Shown here: positions 37,785-49,400 of the stretch, in pieces
Layout of the letters: the number at the start of each line of letters is the position of its first letter
Position numbering within the stretch: the first letter of the stretch is position 1
From: Macrostomum hystrix
Taxonomy: Eukaryota > Animalia > Platyhelminthes
Direction of reading: 5' to 3'
Assembly (NCBI GenBank): GCA_950097015.1
Contig: CATNEN010000038.1
Location: 24,552,001-24,616,000, forward strand
Length of the DNA: 64,000 nucleotides
Program-made: the position numbers and the translations under genes
The notes under the pieces: model-generated
What the model was told of the DNA's origin: nothing
The model's input: the letters and a program-made list of their open reading frames with translations, nothing else
Databases searched by the model: none

Positions 37785-38095
37785 TGCTCTGCCCCTGCCC
37801 CTGCCCCTGTCCAACTTTCGCACTGCCCTTGTCTGGCCCCTACCCCACCCCTTGCCTCTACCGATGCCCTACCCCTGCCCTAGACCCAGCCTCAGCCGCT
37901 GCCCCTGCTCCAGCCCCGACCCCCTGTCCCTGCCCCTGCCCCAACCCCCTGTCCCTGCCCCTGCCCCAACCCCCTGCCCCTGCCCCAACCCCCTGTCCCT
38001 GCCCCTGCCCCAAACCCCCTGCCCCTGCCCAGTCCCATCCCCTGCCCAAACCCTGCAGTAGTCCTGCCCCTGCCCCACCACCAGCCCCTGCCCTG
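37785..38095. repeat. (CCCCTG)n-type C-rich repeat upstream of the transposase exons
   Basis: Repeated CCCCTGCCC; explains the Pro- and Gly-rich ORFs at 37759-38104. Confidence 0.85.
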
Positions 38096-38157
38096 CTGTA
38101 GCACTACTTTGTTCCTTTTTCCTTACTGTAGTTTTCTTATGCTTTATTTTATTTCAG

Positions 38158-41100
38158 TTTCCTCGTTCAGTAAATCTTGGCATCCGAGTATCGCGGCGCC
38201 GCGGCCGTGGTTCACTCTTTCTGCCCTATAATGTCGCTAGAGCCAACTTTAACCGGCAAACTACTCAAAGCAGTCAGGAATCCGCAGCTTCTCAGCATTC
38301 TGTAGCAGATCATGTATCAGATCATGCAGAAAGGGACTGGGACGTCGTAGATTCCGTGGCAGCATCACCAAAGTTGCAGCAGCCTCTACAGGACTGGGAG
38401 CGAGAAGAACCAGTTATTGAGCAGCAGTCGTCTGCTTGTCTAAAGCAATTTATTCTACAGCCGTGCTGCCGCTGCATGAATGATGGTTTCGTATATTGTA
38501 CTACATGCGCCAGCAAATTCTGCTCGGATTGTATGAAAGATACGCATGGCACCTTTCTGGTGCACAAATTTACCGAGTGGAATGTAAGTTGACTGTTCAT
38601 AACTTCATATGAAAGTGCATCTTCTTATGTCGTGGATGTGACTTTCGTTTACTCTTCAAACTCATTATAGGGAGAGATGTACCAAGACTCTACTCCTGCT
38701 GAGCGGCCTGTCATTCATTGCTGTGTTAATTCCCGAGAGGATTTACATAGTAGCACGTCTGCTAATGTATACGACCATCTTGGTCGTACGTAATTTTTAA
38801 CATTTGCTGTGTATTGCGATGGTGCTACCCGTATTAACATTGTTTTACGTATTTACATTCTGGGGCAATATCATTTTAGATCGCATCTTTGTGTCAGTTC
38901 ATCTTTGTGCGGAATGTTCTATTAACGATGCTATGCTTATTGCGGGCTACTTTCCTGTTACAAAAGTTAGTTCCGACAAATTCATTCACAAGAGACTTCT
39001 GGATATGCTCGATTGTCTCACATCCGACGGAAAGATGTCACTTCTACGAGCTGTGCGCTGCTTGCTTACGTTTGATAATATCACTGAGGGTCGACAGCGC
39101 GTAAGTTATAAAAAACTTGTATCTTCTAGTCCTATATACTAAAAATGGGATAGTATCTTAAAATATAAATATGGTTAAGTATAGAGCGTTTTACCAACAA
39201 ACTCAAAGCCGATAACAATTGGAAAAACATTTTCGTTTCCAGACATGGCTGCATTTATACGATGCTCTTCGTCGAAACGATGTGCTTAAAAGATATAGGC
39301 AACTTCTTCGCGATGTGCTTCCTTGGCCGACCGGTTGCTTGTTGTGTCCAGATGCTGTGAGTAATAACTTGCTACTGTTTTTCGAAATTGAGCAGGTTTT
39401 CCTTAGGAAAGACGATAGACGAAGTGCACATTGTGTCTAAAATTTGCTACCCCAGCTACGGTGTCTAATTTCTAAATTGCTGCTCTTAATTAGATCACTG
39501 TTGAAATTTACTAAAATGCAAGCATTCGCATGTATACACGAATCAATAATTGTTGTAAAATTTAAATCGCGGATCCGTCAAATTATTCAGAACACTCCAG
39601 GTTCGTTGCCGTCCACAACAATCGTCACAGGAGATGGGTGCATGGGTTTGCGTCACAGACGCCGGGCTGGTCAGCAGCTGTGTCCATCACCACTCGATGG
39701 TCGTCTTCCGGCACCTTTTATTCATGTTGATGTCGATCCCAAGGAAGCTGGCGAAGATACTGCTTCGTGTTCGAATTTTCAAGCTGGCTCAGTCACTCGG
39801 AGAATTTCTTCAAGAGCCCTTGATGTTAACGGACTCTTCATGCTCTCCTGTCGCCACTCAATTATAGTTTCATGCGCTGACATCCGATCGCCAGGAGAAC
39901 GCCTTGTATACGCTGAACAATGTCTTCGATACTTCTTGGAAGCAAGTGGCGTAAATGGGGTAGTCATCTTTGTCTATGACATTGCCTGCAAGATGTTCCG
40001 TCGATTGCAGCAGATCGCGGCTGACTATCCATATGTAACCATTGTTCCTGCTGTAAACGCCTTTCATGCATTCGCTCACAAGACATCCTGCCGAGTATGT
40101 ATTTTGTGTCTCATTTATAAATTTCGTATTACATTTGTTCGTACCAAAACAAGAAAGAAAATAGTTTTGATTGTACATTATATTTTTTGCCACATATCAT
40201 TCCTATTATTTCATATTTCAGCTAAAAAACTCAGTTAGATTCGTTGAAGGCTGCGGCCTAACCGATGGCGAACACTGTGAGAGGTTGAATTCATCGTTCC
40301 GACCATACGGCCCACAGTTAAAGGAGATGCGCATTGACCACCGCACTTACACTCTAGCTCATTACATTTGGCGTTCGAATGTCAGTCACTTACTGGAATG
40401 TGGTCAGTGTTTGATTTTTTGTCCTTTTACTTTAATGCTATCTCTCTGTTCTCTGTCGCATATTTTCTCAGTTTAAAGGTTGAAAATGTATATATCCTCA
40501 ACTTTTGACAGCAAATGTATTAAAAATGGATGTCATTTATTCAGTTATTCGATGGCGGTTATCATTTATGGGCGCCGATTTATTGAAAGAATTTTTTTCA
40601 ACTTCCTCCACTCCAGGGAAATGGCTGCAAAACAGACTTCGTTTGCTGCGCAGGCACTCGGCGTCTCTGACCAGTCTCTTGCAGAAATTGCTTCCAGAAG
40701 GTAACACACTGCCTTAATTGCGGTTGTCTCGCGTGAGTAAAGCAATAAAACAGTCGTGCAATGAAATCATATTTTTCAGATCGTGAGCCGCACCAGCTAT
40801 TTCTACGAGGACAGCTGCACCTTCAGGAGTATTTAGTTGAAGAAGAATCCTCTCCGCTGACTCCATTAGAGCGCCTTCGGTGCGGAGCTGTTGAGCGGCT
40901 GCGCTTGTATGCAAGCCTTCGCCAATGCAGTGCACAAAGCGACGCCAAGGTGTACATCGCGCGATTGTCTGTTGTTCAGCGCGAAATGGCGGCCATTTGG
41001 TCCAAGGATCTGCCACAATTTTCACGGGAACCTCTGGCCACATATTACAATCCAACGGCCGATGTCTACTGCGGCGTGTCTCTATCTGAACCTGCTGCAC

Positions 41101-41312
41101 GGTATCGTCTTCTCATGATCGAAGCTTCGTCTCTATTTTCCCGAATAGGTGAGGAGAAAAATCTGATCCGCGAAGAAGCTTCGCGTCTGCAGTTACGGCT
41201 CTATCAAGAAATCGAGTCGTTACAAGGCAAAACAGGCTTGCTTTCCCATTGTCGCCATGTCCTTGAAGACCTGCGGTTTCAATGCGTTGATGTGATCGCA
41301 CAAATGCATTGA
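38158..41312 (+). CDS. CxC-domain KDZ transposase, at least 8 exons, at least 725 aa (start exon not found)
   Basis: Exons 38158-38583, 38671-38785, 38880-39100, 39243-39356, 39591-40094, 40222-40402, 40617-40700, 40780-41312 splice in phase with no stop. Cys clusters CCRC..CTTC..FCSDC..H..H..WNG, CAEC..GYFP, CLLC. KDZ motifs GDG, CSNFQA, SCRH, GE, YDIAC, FHAFAH..C, GCGLTDGEHCER. Confidence 0.85.
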
Positions 41313-41899
41313 TTTTACGGTGTCGTGCAAGATAAAAGTTTTTTTCTTTCTGTTATTTTCTAACTCATTTAACTGCAACAGAAGAAATTTTTTCGATGTG
41401 TTATTGGTGTGCACAATTACTTCCTACAGTTCCCATTTATATTGTTGCAGTACAATCTTCCTTAATACGGAAAATTGTATTTCTTGTATTTCTTGCTGAC
41501 TGTGGATTTACATCAAAACAACTTTGTGAATCTACTCACTAGCGCGCTATTTTATTACTTTTGTTTTCAGTGCTGCGATTTAGTTAATAATAATTGTTAC
41601 TTTGAGCACAATTCTTATGCCACAGTGGCGAGAGAAGCGAGAATTCGCGTCCATTTTGAAAATTGATTGGATATGGTCGCAGTTACTTTGCTAAAAAGTA
41701 ACAACAAACCAAATGTCAAACCCTAAAAGGCAGTGTTAATGCGCCTTCGTTTTTTTCATAATTCTGCTTAACTACTAGCAGTAGCCGATCTACCATGAAT
41801 ATCGGAATTGACACGTAAATGCATATTTGCCTAGTCTCATTCACTGTAATTAAGCTGTGGAGTTCGACTATACCGTACCTTTTTGCATGCTAGTTAGGC

Positions 41900-42050
41900 A
41901 AGTTTGCAAGCAATTTCTGCAATTTCTGCTGGGTTGGACATCTCAATCGGACAGAACCAATGCGACTGTGAATGGTCAGCGCGGTCAGAACCTCAGCATC
42001 TGCCTGGCCATCTCACCTGCAGTCGGTCTTGTGCACTACAGAGTGTTAGG
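41900..42050 (+). pseudogene. IS630/Tc1-like (DDE_3) transposase fragment nested in the KDZ element
   Basis: GQRGQNLSICLAISPAVGLV resembles [19 protein letters not shown] of the element at 54231. Confidence 0.6.
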
Positions 42051-42958
42051 GTAAGCAAAAGCCTGGAGGCGTACGGACACTTTGCAGACAATAATGATCG
42101 AAATAACGGATAATAAAAGTGTCGAGTGAGCAGACGGCCACTCGGACTCCATCGAACGTAACGTAAATAACCGAAGACGCTCGAGCAATGAGAACAACCA
42201 GGTGAAATAATAAACGCGGAAAGTCGAATCTTACCGGGAGCTCATAAATCGCGTCTCGGGCTAGTAGTGCAGGTCGTGCACGCGCTGACTGCTCAGTATT
42301 ATTGGCAATCCTCTGCTCTGTGCCTGCGCTCACCGCAATGCACTGTGTGGTTCTTCTAAGTGTCAAAATCTGATCTTAGGTAATCGATTTGATTCGTCGG
42401 AGTAAGAGACCGCGCGTCAAACCAAGTTTTCCGGAGCAATTAAGCAGGGTAGGGCGGTCGAGAGCGCGTTATGGCATGGCGAGCGGAGCGCACAAATAAA
42501 TAGTGGCGGGGAGGGGCGAGAGAATCAGAGCAGGGGCGGGGCCGGGCTGCGCCCTCCAGCCAATGACATTGCCAGGGGGTGGCAGACGCAAAATTGGCTC
42601 GCACCAGCCTCGCATCCATGGAGGTGAGAAGGGGAGGAGTGGGGCTTAGCCACCCCGAGTTGGGTGTTGGGGTTGGGGCAGGCTGCAGTAGAGCCGAGAG
42701 GCGAAGAAGAGAATTAGAGCGTCGAGAAAATAAGTGTTTGCAGCCAATCAGCGGCCTGCCTGGCTAAGCCGAGGGCCAGACAAACCGGAGAACCGGATTG
42801 GGCTGGTGGGGGTAATTGCAAATACACTGGGCAAGGGGTTGAGACACAAAAGTACATGTACGGGAGGAACGCAGGAAGGGCGGCACGAAGCGCCGCTCGA
42901 CACCTGCGTCCTGGTGCTTGCTGCTGCAGACTGTAGTGAGCCAGTCGAGCAAAGCTAA

Positions 42959-43352
42959 TTGGCCGAGTATGGCGGGTGTGGCAGAAGGTTTGAGCCTTGT
43001 GACAGCCTCAGTGGTCTTCTGAGCAGTGTGTGTTATTGCATTATCGTGATGGAGAATGAAGGGCTTGGTGTCTCTGTGACGCTTGTTTTGAATGTCATGC
43101 ATCCTTCAGTACATGTACATGTAGCGATCAGAATTGATGCTTGTGTCAGGCTCCTGCATAAGCTCGATCGTAAGGGGTCCAGTGCGGTCGCAGAACAAGT
43201 GTCATGCGCATTGCCTTCTAGAAATGCCTCTCGACGAGCTTTCATGGGTGCATGGATCCGAACCTTTGATTCCCCAAACTTTTAGCTTCTTCTCGAAGAG
43301 TAGAAGTGGCTTCTCAAAGTAGTCAACGGCAAAACTTTTTAACCCCCTCGTA
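42959..43352 (-). mobile_element. Mariner relic nested in the KDZ element
   Basis: FILHHDNAITHTAQKT is the mariner second-Asp motif; TIR-like end TA-CGAGGGGGTTAAAAAG on the - strand at ~43352. Confidence 0.65.
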
Positions 43353-45317
43353 TGCAGTATACATGTAGCTTCAGACTATAGTCTTTGAAAGCAAATGAAG
43401 TCTAGAATTGAAGTTTCTCAGTTTTCTTGCTCTTGGTTTTGGTACCGGGTTCGGGTGTAGATGTCCGGGTCGGGTTCGAGGTTCGGGGTTGGGTGTTCGG
43501 GTTCGGGTTTTCGGGTCGGGTTTTGGTACCGGGTTCAGGTTTCCGGTGTTTTTATTATTATCAGTTTTATTTAAGTATTGCCTTATTACGTGATAAAGCG
43601 TCTTTCGAAATCGCGCCATTTCAAAAATATTTTTTTCTTAAACTGAACTGGCGTAATTTGCACTGCACTAATGAATTAATAATCGTGATGCCTTAGTCAT
43701 TCTAATGTATATAAATCATTCTACGAATTTTAGGCCTTGAATTATAATACATACATATAGATATACATATTTCTAAAGTCTAAACAGCTCATCCTAATTC
43801 TGCATTATGTCTTTAAATGGTCTTTAATTATGTTTTCTTTTTACTTCGTTAGCTATGTAATCCCACGTCAGCAACTTAAATCTGAATTTTTAACATACAA
43901 ACCTGCCTGAGGCTTTCAGGAGTAGAGGGTAAAGTGAAGAGTACGACTGTCCGAGGAGTCGAGTAGTGTAGTGATAGTGGGGGAGAAGAGTTAACAATAG
44001 AAAAGTAGAAAAAGGAAAAGGCGGTATTTTAAGACAAGTACTCTTCTTAGCCATCACTCCAAGTCCAGGAGATAGTCGGGTAAAGTTCGGGGTCGGGTCG
44101 GTTTTTGGGTCCGGGTCGGGTTCCGGGTTCGGGGTTTACCCCAAGTCTGGTCGCCCGGTTTTGCCGAAGGCGGCATTTCATTTTTTCATATCCTTTTATG
44201 CTTATGAGTAGTGTAACATCCCTTTTACTAATGGTCCTCGTGCCAAAGTTTACAGCTCATGGTTGTTTGTGTATCAAGGAACGCATCATCAGCATGATTC
44301 TAGGTGTTGGTCGGCTAAGCCAGCGGTACAGAACTCACCTTAGGAATTTACCTTCTCTTTACCTAATTTCATGGAAAATGTAAAAAAATCTGACTGCTCG
44401 AAAACCGACATCTCGAGAACAGATGTGCAGACAAAACCTCCGATCTTATAAATAACGGACGGACGAATAAGATGCAGCCGTGAGTATCGATAAAGTATAT
44501 TATTAAAAGGAAGAATAAGCGTTTACTGTTTTAATGCCCCTACTATTTTTGTAAGCAACTATTTTAGTATACGATTGTCACTAAAAGTTCCCCACGTAAA
44601 TGTTTTTATCTTCTAAGCACTTCCCTAAATCCCAATATCCTAAAATCGAATCTGTACAATCTACCCTAAAACTAACCTACTACCAGTGCTAGGCTATGAT
44701 ATCAGAGTTATCCCTTAATATCTGTTAAAAGCTACGCTTTGATATTGTCAGTGTTACACTATTGGACATTGAAAAGTGTTCACATGAGCAAGTGAGCAAT
44801 TTCTCCCTCCTATCACAACTTGCGCAATTGAAACCTGCGCGTGTCCACCCTGAATAACTCACTCATCCCAACTAGTGATCCATTTCCCTCTCCGCAGTAT
44901 TGTAACTTGCGCAATTCGCACAACGCGCAAGGTGCTAAGCCTTTGGTTGGGGTGAGGGAGAGTTGGATTATTAAAGCTGCCGCTGCCCAGTATACTCGTT
45001 TACGATCCGTGCAGTTGGTCGACAATTTGGCCGGTCGCATACGACCATCCGTGGCACATGTACTGCTATCCGCCGCCTCTCAATCTGCCTCGACAGTTTT
45101 TTAGTTTGTACTTGAAAGAAGTGGAAAACAGGAAGCATTTTTTTTAATTCTCTTCAGCTGCACATTCTGTTCAAACATTGATAACATAAATTGCGTGCCT
45201 TGTCTAGGTCACGAAAACAATATTGCCGTTTTAATTTTTGGTGGTGGATTCAAAAGTGCAAGACTTTGTGTGCACTCGCACTACGATGATAATAATATTT
45301 TTAATAATAATCGATTA

Positions 45318-45455
45318 CGCCTGTCCCAATCTTGCCACATGTGCATCCGACAGCACAGCTGGCAGCTACTGCGCGGCGCACCTGAAGGCTGCGAACGGCT
45401 GTTCAGTCCATGGACTGAGGGGACCCGGCACCCACCCTCAATTACCACCCACCGC
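45318..45455 (-). mobile_element. SINE family A 3' fragment
   Basis: Matches 61700-61830 and 63820-63950 (CCGACAGCACAGC..GTTCAGTCCATGGACT..CACCCTCAATTACC). Confidence 0.7.
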
Positions 45456-45641
45456 ACCCACCCGAAACGAGCAAAATTAATCAGTAAAAACAAAAAGTTC
45501 TACATAGCTCGTACAAATCATCAAATCACAAATTATCTAATACAAAACAGCAAGACCATGTTTCAAAGCACTCAAACTACTTTGCAGTAAAATATATATT
45601 GCGAAATAACTTTGTGCTGCGCGCCATGTTAAGAAGCATAA

Positions 45642-48320
45642 TTAATCAGCAAGAACAAAAAGTTCTCCATCTTCATACAAAACATTATTAGCTAAATCCC
45701 CATCCCTTGTCGGCCCACCGCTTTCAGGCCCGCCGCTTCTAGGCCCGCTGGAGTTCGGCCCGCCGCCTCTAGGCCCGCCGCTTCCTGGTCCACCGGAGTT
45801 CGGCCCACCGCTTTCAGGCCCGCTGGAGTTCGGCCCGCCGCCTCTAGGCCCGCTGGAGTTCGGCCCGCCGCTTCTAGGCCCGCTGGAGTTCGGCCCACCG
45901 CTTTTAGGCCCGCTGGAGTTCGGCCCGCCGCCACTAGGCCCACCGCCTCTAGGCCCGCTGGAGTTCGGCCCGCCGCCACTAGGCCCACCGCTTCTAGGCC
46001 CGCTGGAGTTCGGCCCGCCGCCACTAGGCCCACCGCTTCTAGGCCCGCTGGAGTTCGGCCCGCCGCCTCTAGGCCCGCTGGAGTTCGGCCCGCCGCCTCT
46101 AGGCCCGCTGGAGTTCGGCCCGACGCCACTAGGCCCACCGCCTCTAGGCCCGCTGGAGTTCGGCCCGCCGCTTCTAGGCCCGCTGGAGTTCGGCCCGCCG
46201 CTTCTAGGCCCGCTGGAGTTCGGCCCACCGCTTCTAGGCCCGCTGGAGTTCGGCCCGCCGCCACTAGGCCCACCGCTTCTAGGCCCGCTGGAGTTCGGCC
46301 CGCCGCCACTAGGCCCACCGCTTCTAGGCCCGCTGGAGTTCGGCCCGCCGCCTCTAGGCCCGCTGGAGTTCGGCCCGCCGCCTCTAGGCCCGCTGGAGTT
46401 CGGCCCGACGCCACTAGGCCCACCGCCTCTAGGCCCGCTGGAGTTCGGCCCGCCGCTTCTAGGCCCGCTGGAGTTCGGCCCGCCGCTTCTAGGCCCGCTG
46501 GAGTTCGGCCCACCGCTTCTAGGCCTGCTGGAGTTCGGCCCGCCGCCACTAGGCCCACCGCCTCTAGGCCCGCTGGAGTTCGGCCCGCCGCCACTAGGCC
46601 CACCGCTTCTAGGCCCGCTGGAGTTCGGCCCACCGCTTCTAGGCCCGCTGGAGTTCGGCCCGCCGCCACTAGGCCCACCGCCTCTAGGCCCACTGGAGCT
46701 CGGCACACCGAAGTGCGGACCGCCGGAGCTCGGCCAGTCAAGGTCTTCTGATTGGTCGATATGGTCTTCGTTGCCTTCGGGTTCGCTTACGTCGATTGGA
46801 ACTGGAGAGAAATAAAGAAATTAAACAAAACGGCTAGTTTAAATTGAGTCATGATTTTAAAATAAGGATAAATCAGTCAGTGAATAAACGGAAACAGCTA
46901 GACGATATTTCAAAGCACTCAAACTTCTCTGCACTAATTAAAATCACCTTTATCGTATAAATCGGTAAAGTAAAGCAGTGTAAATAACGAAATAACTTCA
47001 TATTGTGCGCTAAACTAAGAAGTAAGTTTAGTTTATTAGTTAGTTTAGTTTAGTTTAGTTTAGTTTAGTTAGTAAGTAAGTAAGTTTAGCTAAGTAAGAA
47101 GTAAGAACTAAAACTAAGACCTGATCTTGATGGATGGAATACGATAGGGCTCGAAAGTGCCGCTTTAATAGACTCCATTGTCATCCATGTAGGATCGCAT
47201 AACCATGGTTCGAATTGGCCAATTATAGGCAACTTCTTCCATTGGACGCGGCCATGAAACCCTGCTGCATCTAAAATGTTAACAATCCAAAAAATGTGGC
47301 AACTTTTGTCACGTTTTGTCTATTTAACTATAATATAATCCCTAATAAAAGTAGTTTCCTATTACAATCTTACTGCTGACACATCTTAATTACCAATAAG
47401 ATTATTCATAGCCACATTGAACGCTAAAATAAATTTGATCTTCTCTAGGATCTGTCTATGCCCAAAAACCAGCTAGAGAAAAATAACTTACTATATGCAT
47501 CCTGAGCCTGCTTGCGAAGGGCCTTTCTCAAACCCATTATGCTTTTTTTAGGCGGATTTTTCAAATGGCCGATAAGCTTCTAAAAATAGTTTTAAACAGA
47601 GCATTATTAATTAATCAAGAGTAAGCGTAGGTCATTAACCAATGAGACGTGGCTCATACCTCTGACACTTGCCGCGCCAATGGATGAAGTTCTACATCTT
47701 CTGGGCTGCATGAAAAGTATGGTGGCTTATCCTGACGGGCCACAATTAAAAAAAATCTCCACGATGGGTCCTTGCGAAGCTAAACTTTTCGATAGGTGTG
47801 ATAGCAAATTAAAAAGGTGTGGTAGCGATAAAAAGTGAGTCCGCCAAGCAAAAAAATGCAGTTTACCATTTTCTCTATCGTTGAGAGCTTGGGGGCAGTC
47901 TGTGCTGCCTTTGCAGCGAGCCGCTGTCTTTCCGAGCCACAGAGAGACTTGAATCTGGCTGCCAACTCCTTCTGTTGATCTGAAAATAGAAAAGTAACAG
48001 TATAAATATATCATGCACCTTTATTACCTTTACTGTACATTCGGGATTTTGCTTTATAACAACCAATTAAAAAAATTGAGCAATTAGCTACAGTATAAAC
48101 GACTTGTCAGCTTCATGGATATGCTAAATAACTAAAATCACATCATTAAACATGTACATATACACATCCGTTTCAAGAAAAAAATGAAAAAAATGCATGA
48201 ACTTATTCTTATATTACTTACACAATTAAAAAGGATTAAGAAAGCACATACAATGAAGAATACTATCTTACCGAATCGTTTATTTTCCTGCAAAAAGGAT
48301 GAATACGCAGTGTGAACCAT
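45642..48320 (-). CDS. Transposon-borne HMG-box protein with a Gly/Ser/Pro low-complexity tail, 6 exons, ~559 aa
   Basis: Exons 48320-48272, 47979-47867, 47779-47660, 47579-47492, 47270-47121, 46801-45642, phases 1,0,0,1,1, 1680 nt, no stops. N-terminus [41 protein letters not shown] fits the HMG-box helix pattern. Confidence 0.72.
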
Positions 48321-48539
48321 CTGCAAAAGTTAAAACGAAAAACCAGCAGGTTACAGATACTAATAACAAAACAGGTTGCAGAATTAAAAGGTACTGCAGA
48401 GCTAGGACTGATAAATAAGATAAGAAAGCAAAAGGATAAGGAATCGAATGAAGTACAGGGTACTTGGCAGGATAGCTGAAAGGACTAGAGAGCAAGGAGG
48501 CAGCGTAGCTGGGAGGAAAGGAAGGTGGCGTAGGACTAG

Positions 48540-49400
48540 ACAGCTATGGGGAAAGGATAGCTAGGGGGGCAGGATAGCTAGCTAGGGGGGGGCAGGATAG
48601 CTAGCTAGGGGGGCAGGATAGCTAGCTAGGACTGGCCAGCTAGGGGGGGGCAAGATGGCTAGCTAGGACTGGACAGCTAGGGGGGCAGGATAGCTAGCTA
48701 GGGGGGCAGGACAGCGAGCTAGGACTGGCCAGCTAGGGGGGGGCAAGATGGCTAGCTAGGACTGGACAGCTAGGGGGCAGGATAGCTAGCTAGGGGGGCA
48801 GGATAGCTAGCTAGGACTGGCCAGCTGGGGGGGGGGGGCAAAATGGCTAGCTAGGACTGGACAGCTAGGGGGCAGGATAGCTAGCTAGGGGTGGCAGGAT
48901 AGCTAGCTAGGACTGGCCAGCTAGGGGGGACAAGATTGCTAGCTAGGACTGGACAGCTAGGGGGGGCAAGACTGCTAGCTAGGACTGGACAGCTAGGGGG
49001 CAGGATAGCTAGCTAGGACTGGCCAGCTAGGGGGGACAAGATTGCTAGCTAGGACTGGACAGCTAGGGGGGGGCAAGACTGCTAGCTAGGACTGGACAGC
49101 TAGGGGGCAGGATAGCTAGCTAGGACTGGCCAGCTAGGGGGGGCAAGACTGCTAGCTAGGACTGGCAAGCTAAGTGGGCAGGAAAGCAAGCTAGGACTGG
49201 ACAGCTAGGGGGCAGGATAGCTAGCTAGGGGGGGCAGGATAGCTAGCTAGGGGGGGGCAGGATAGCTAGCTAGGACTGGACATCTAGGGGGCAGGATAGC
49301 TAGCTAGGACTGGCCAGCTAGGGGGGCAAGATTGTTAGCTAGGACTGGACAGCTAGGGGCAGGATATCTAGGACTAGAGGGCTGGGTAGCTAGGAGGACA
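48540..49400. repeat. Right subterminal array, inverted counterpart of 35920-37430
   Basis: GGGGGCAGGATAGCTAGCTAG and GACTGGACAGCTAG modules. Confidence 0.92.

Noticed and set aside
37759-38104. Pro-rich and Gly-rich ORFs
   Set aside because: Translations of a CCCCTG-type simple repeat; no phase-compatible link to the transposase exons found.
44813-45104. Possible third gene in the KDZ element
   Set aside because: Short ORFs on both strands with no recognisable motif or consistent splice chain.
45692-46741. 349-aa [12 protein letters not shown]
   Set aside because: Alternative frame of the coding minisatellite; the splice phase at 46801 selects the SGPRGG frame.
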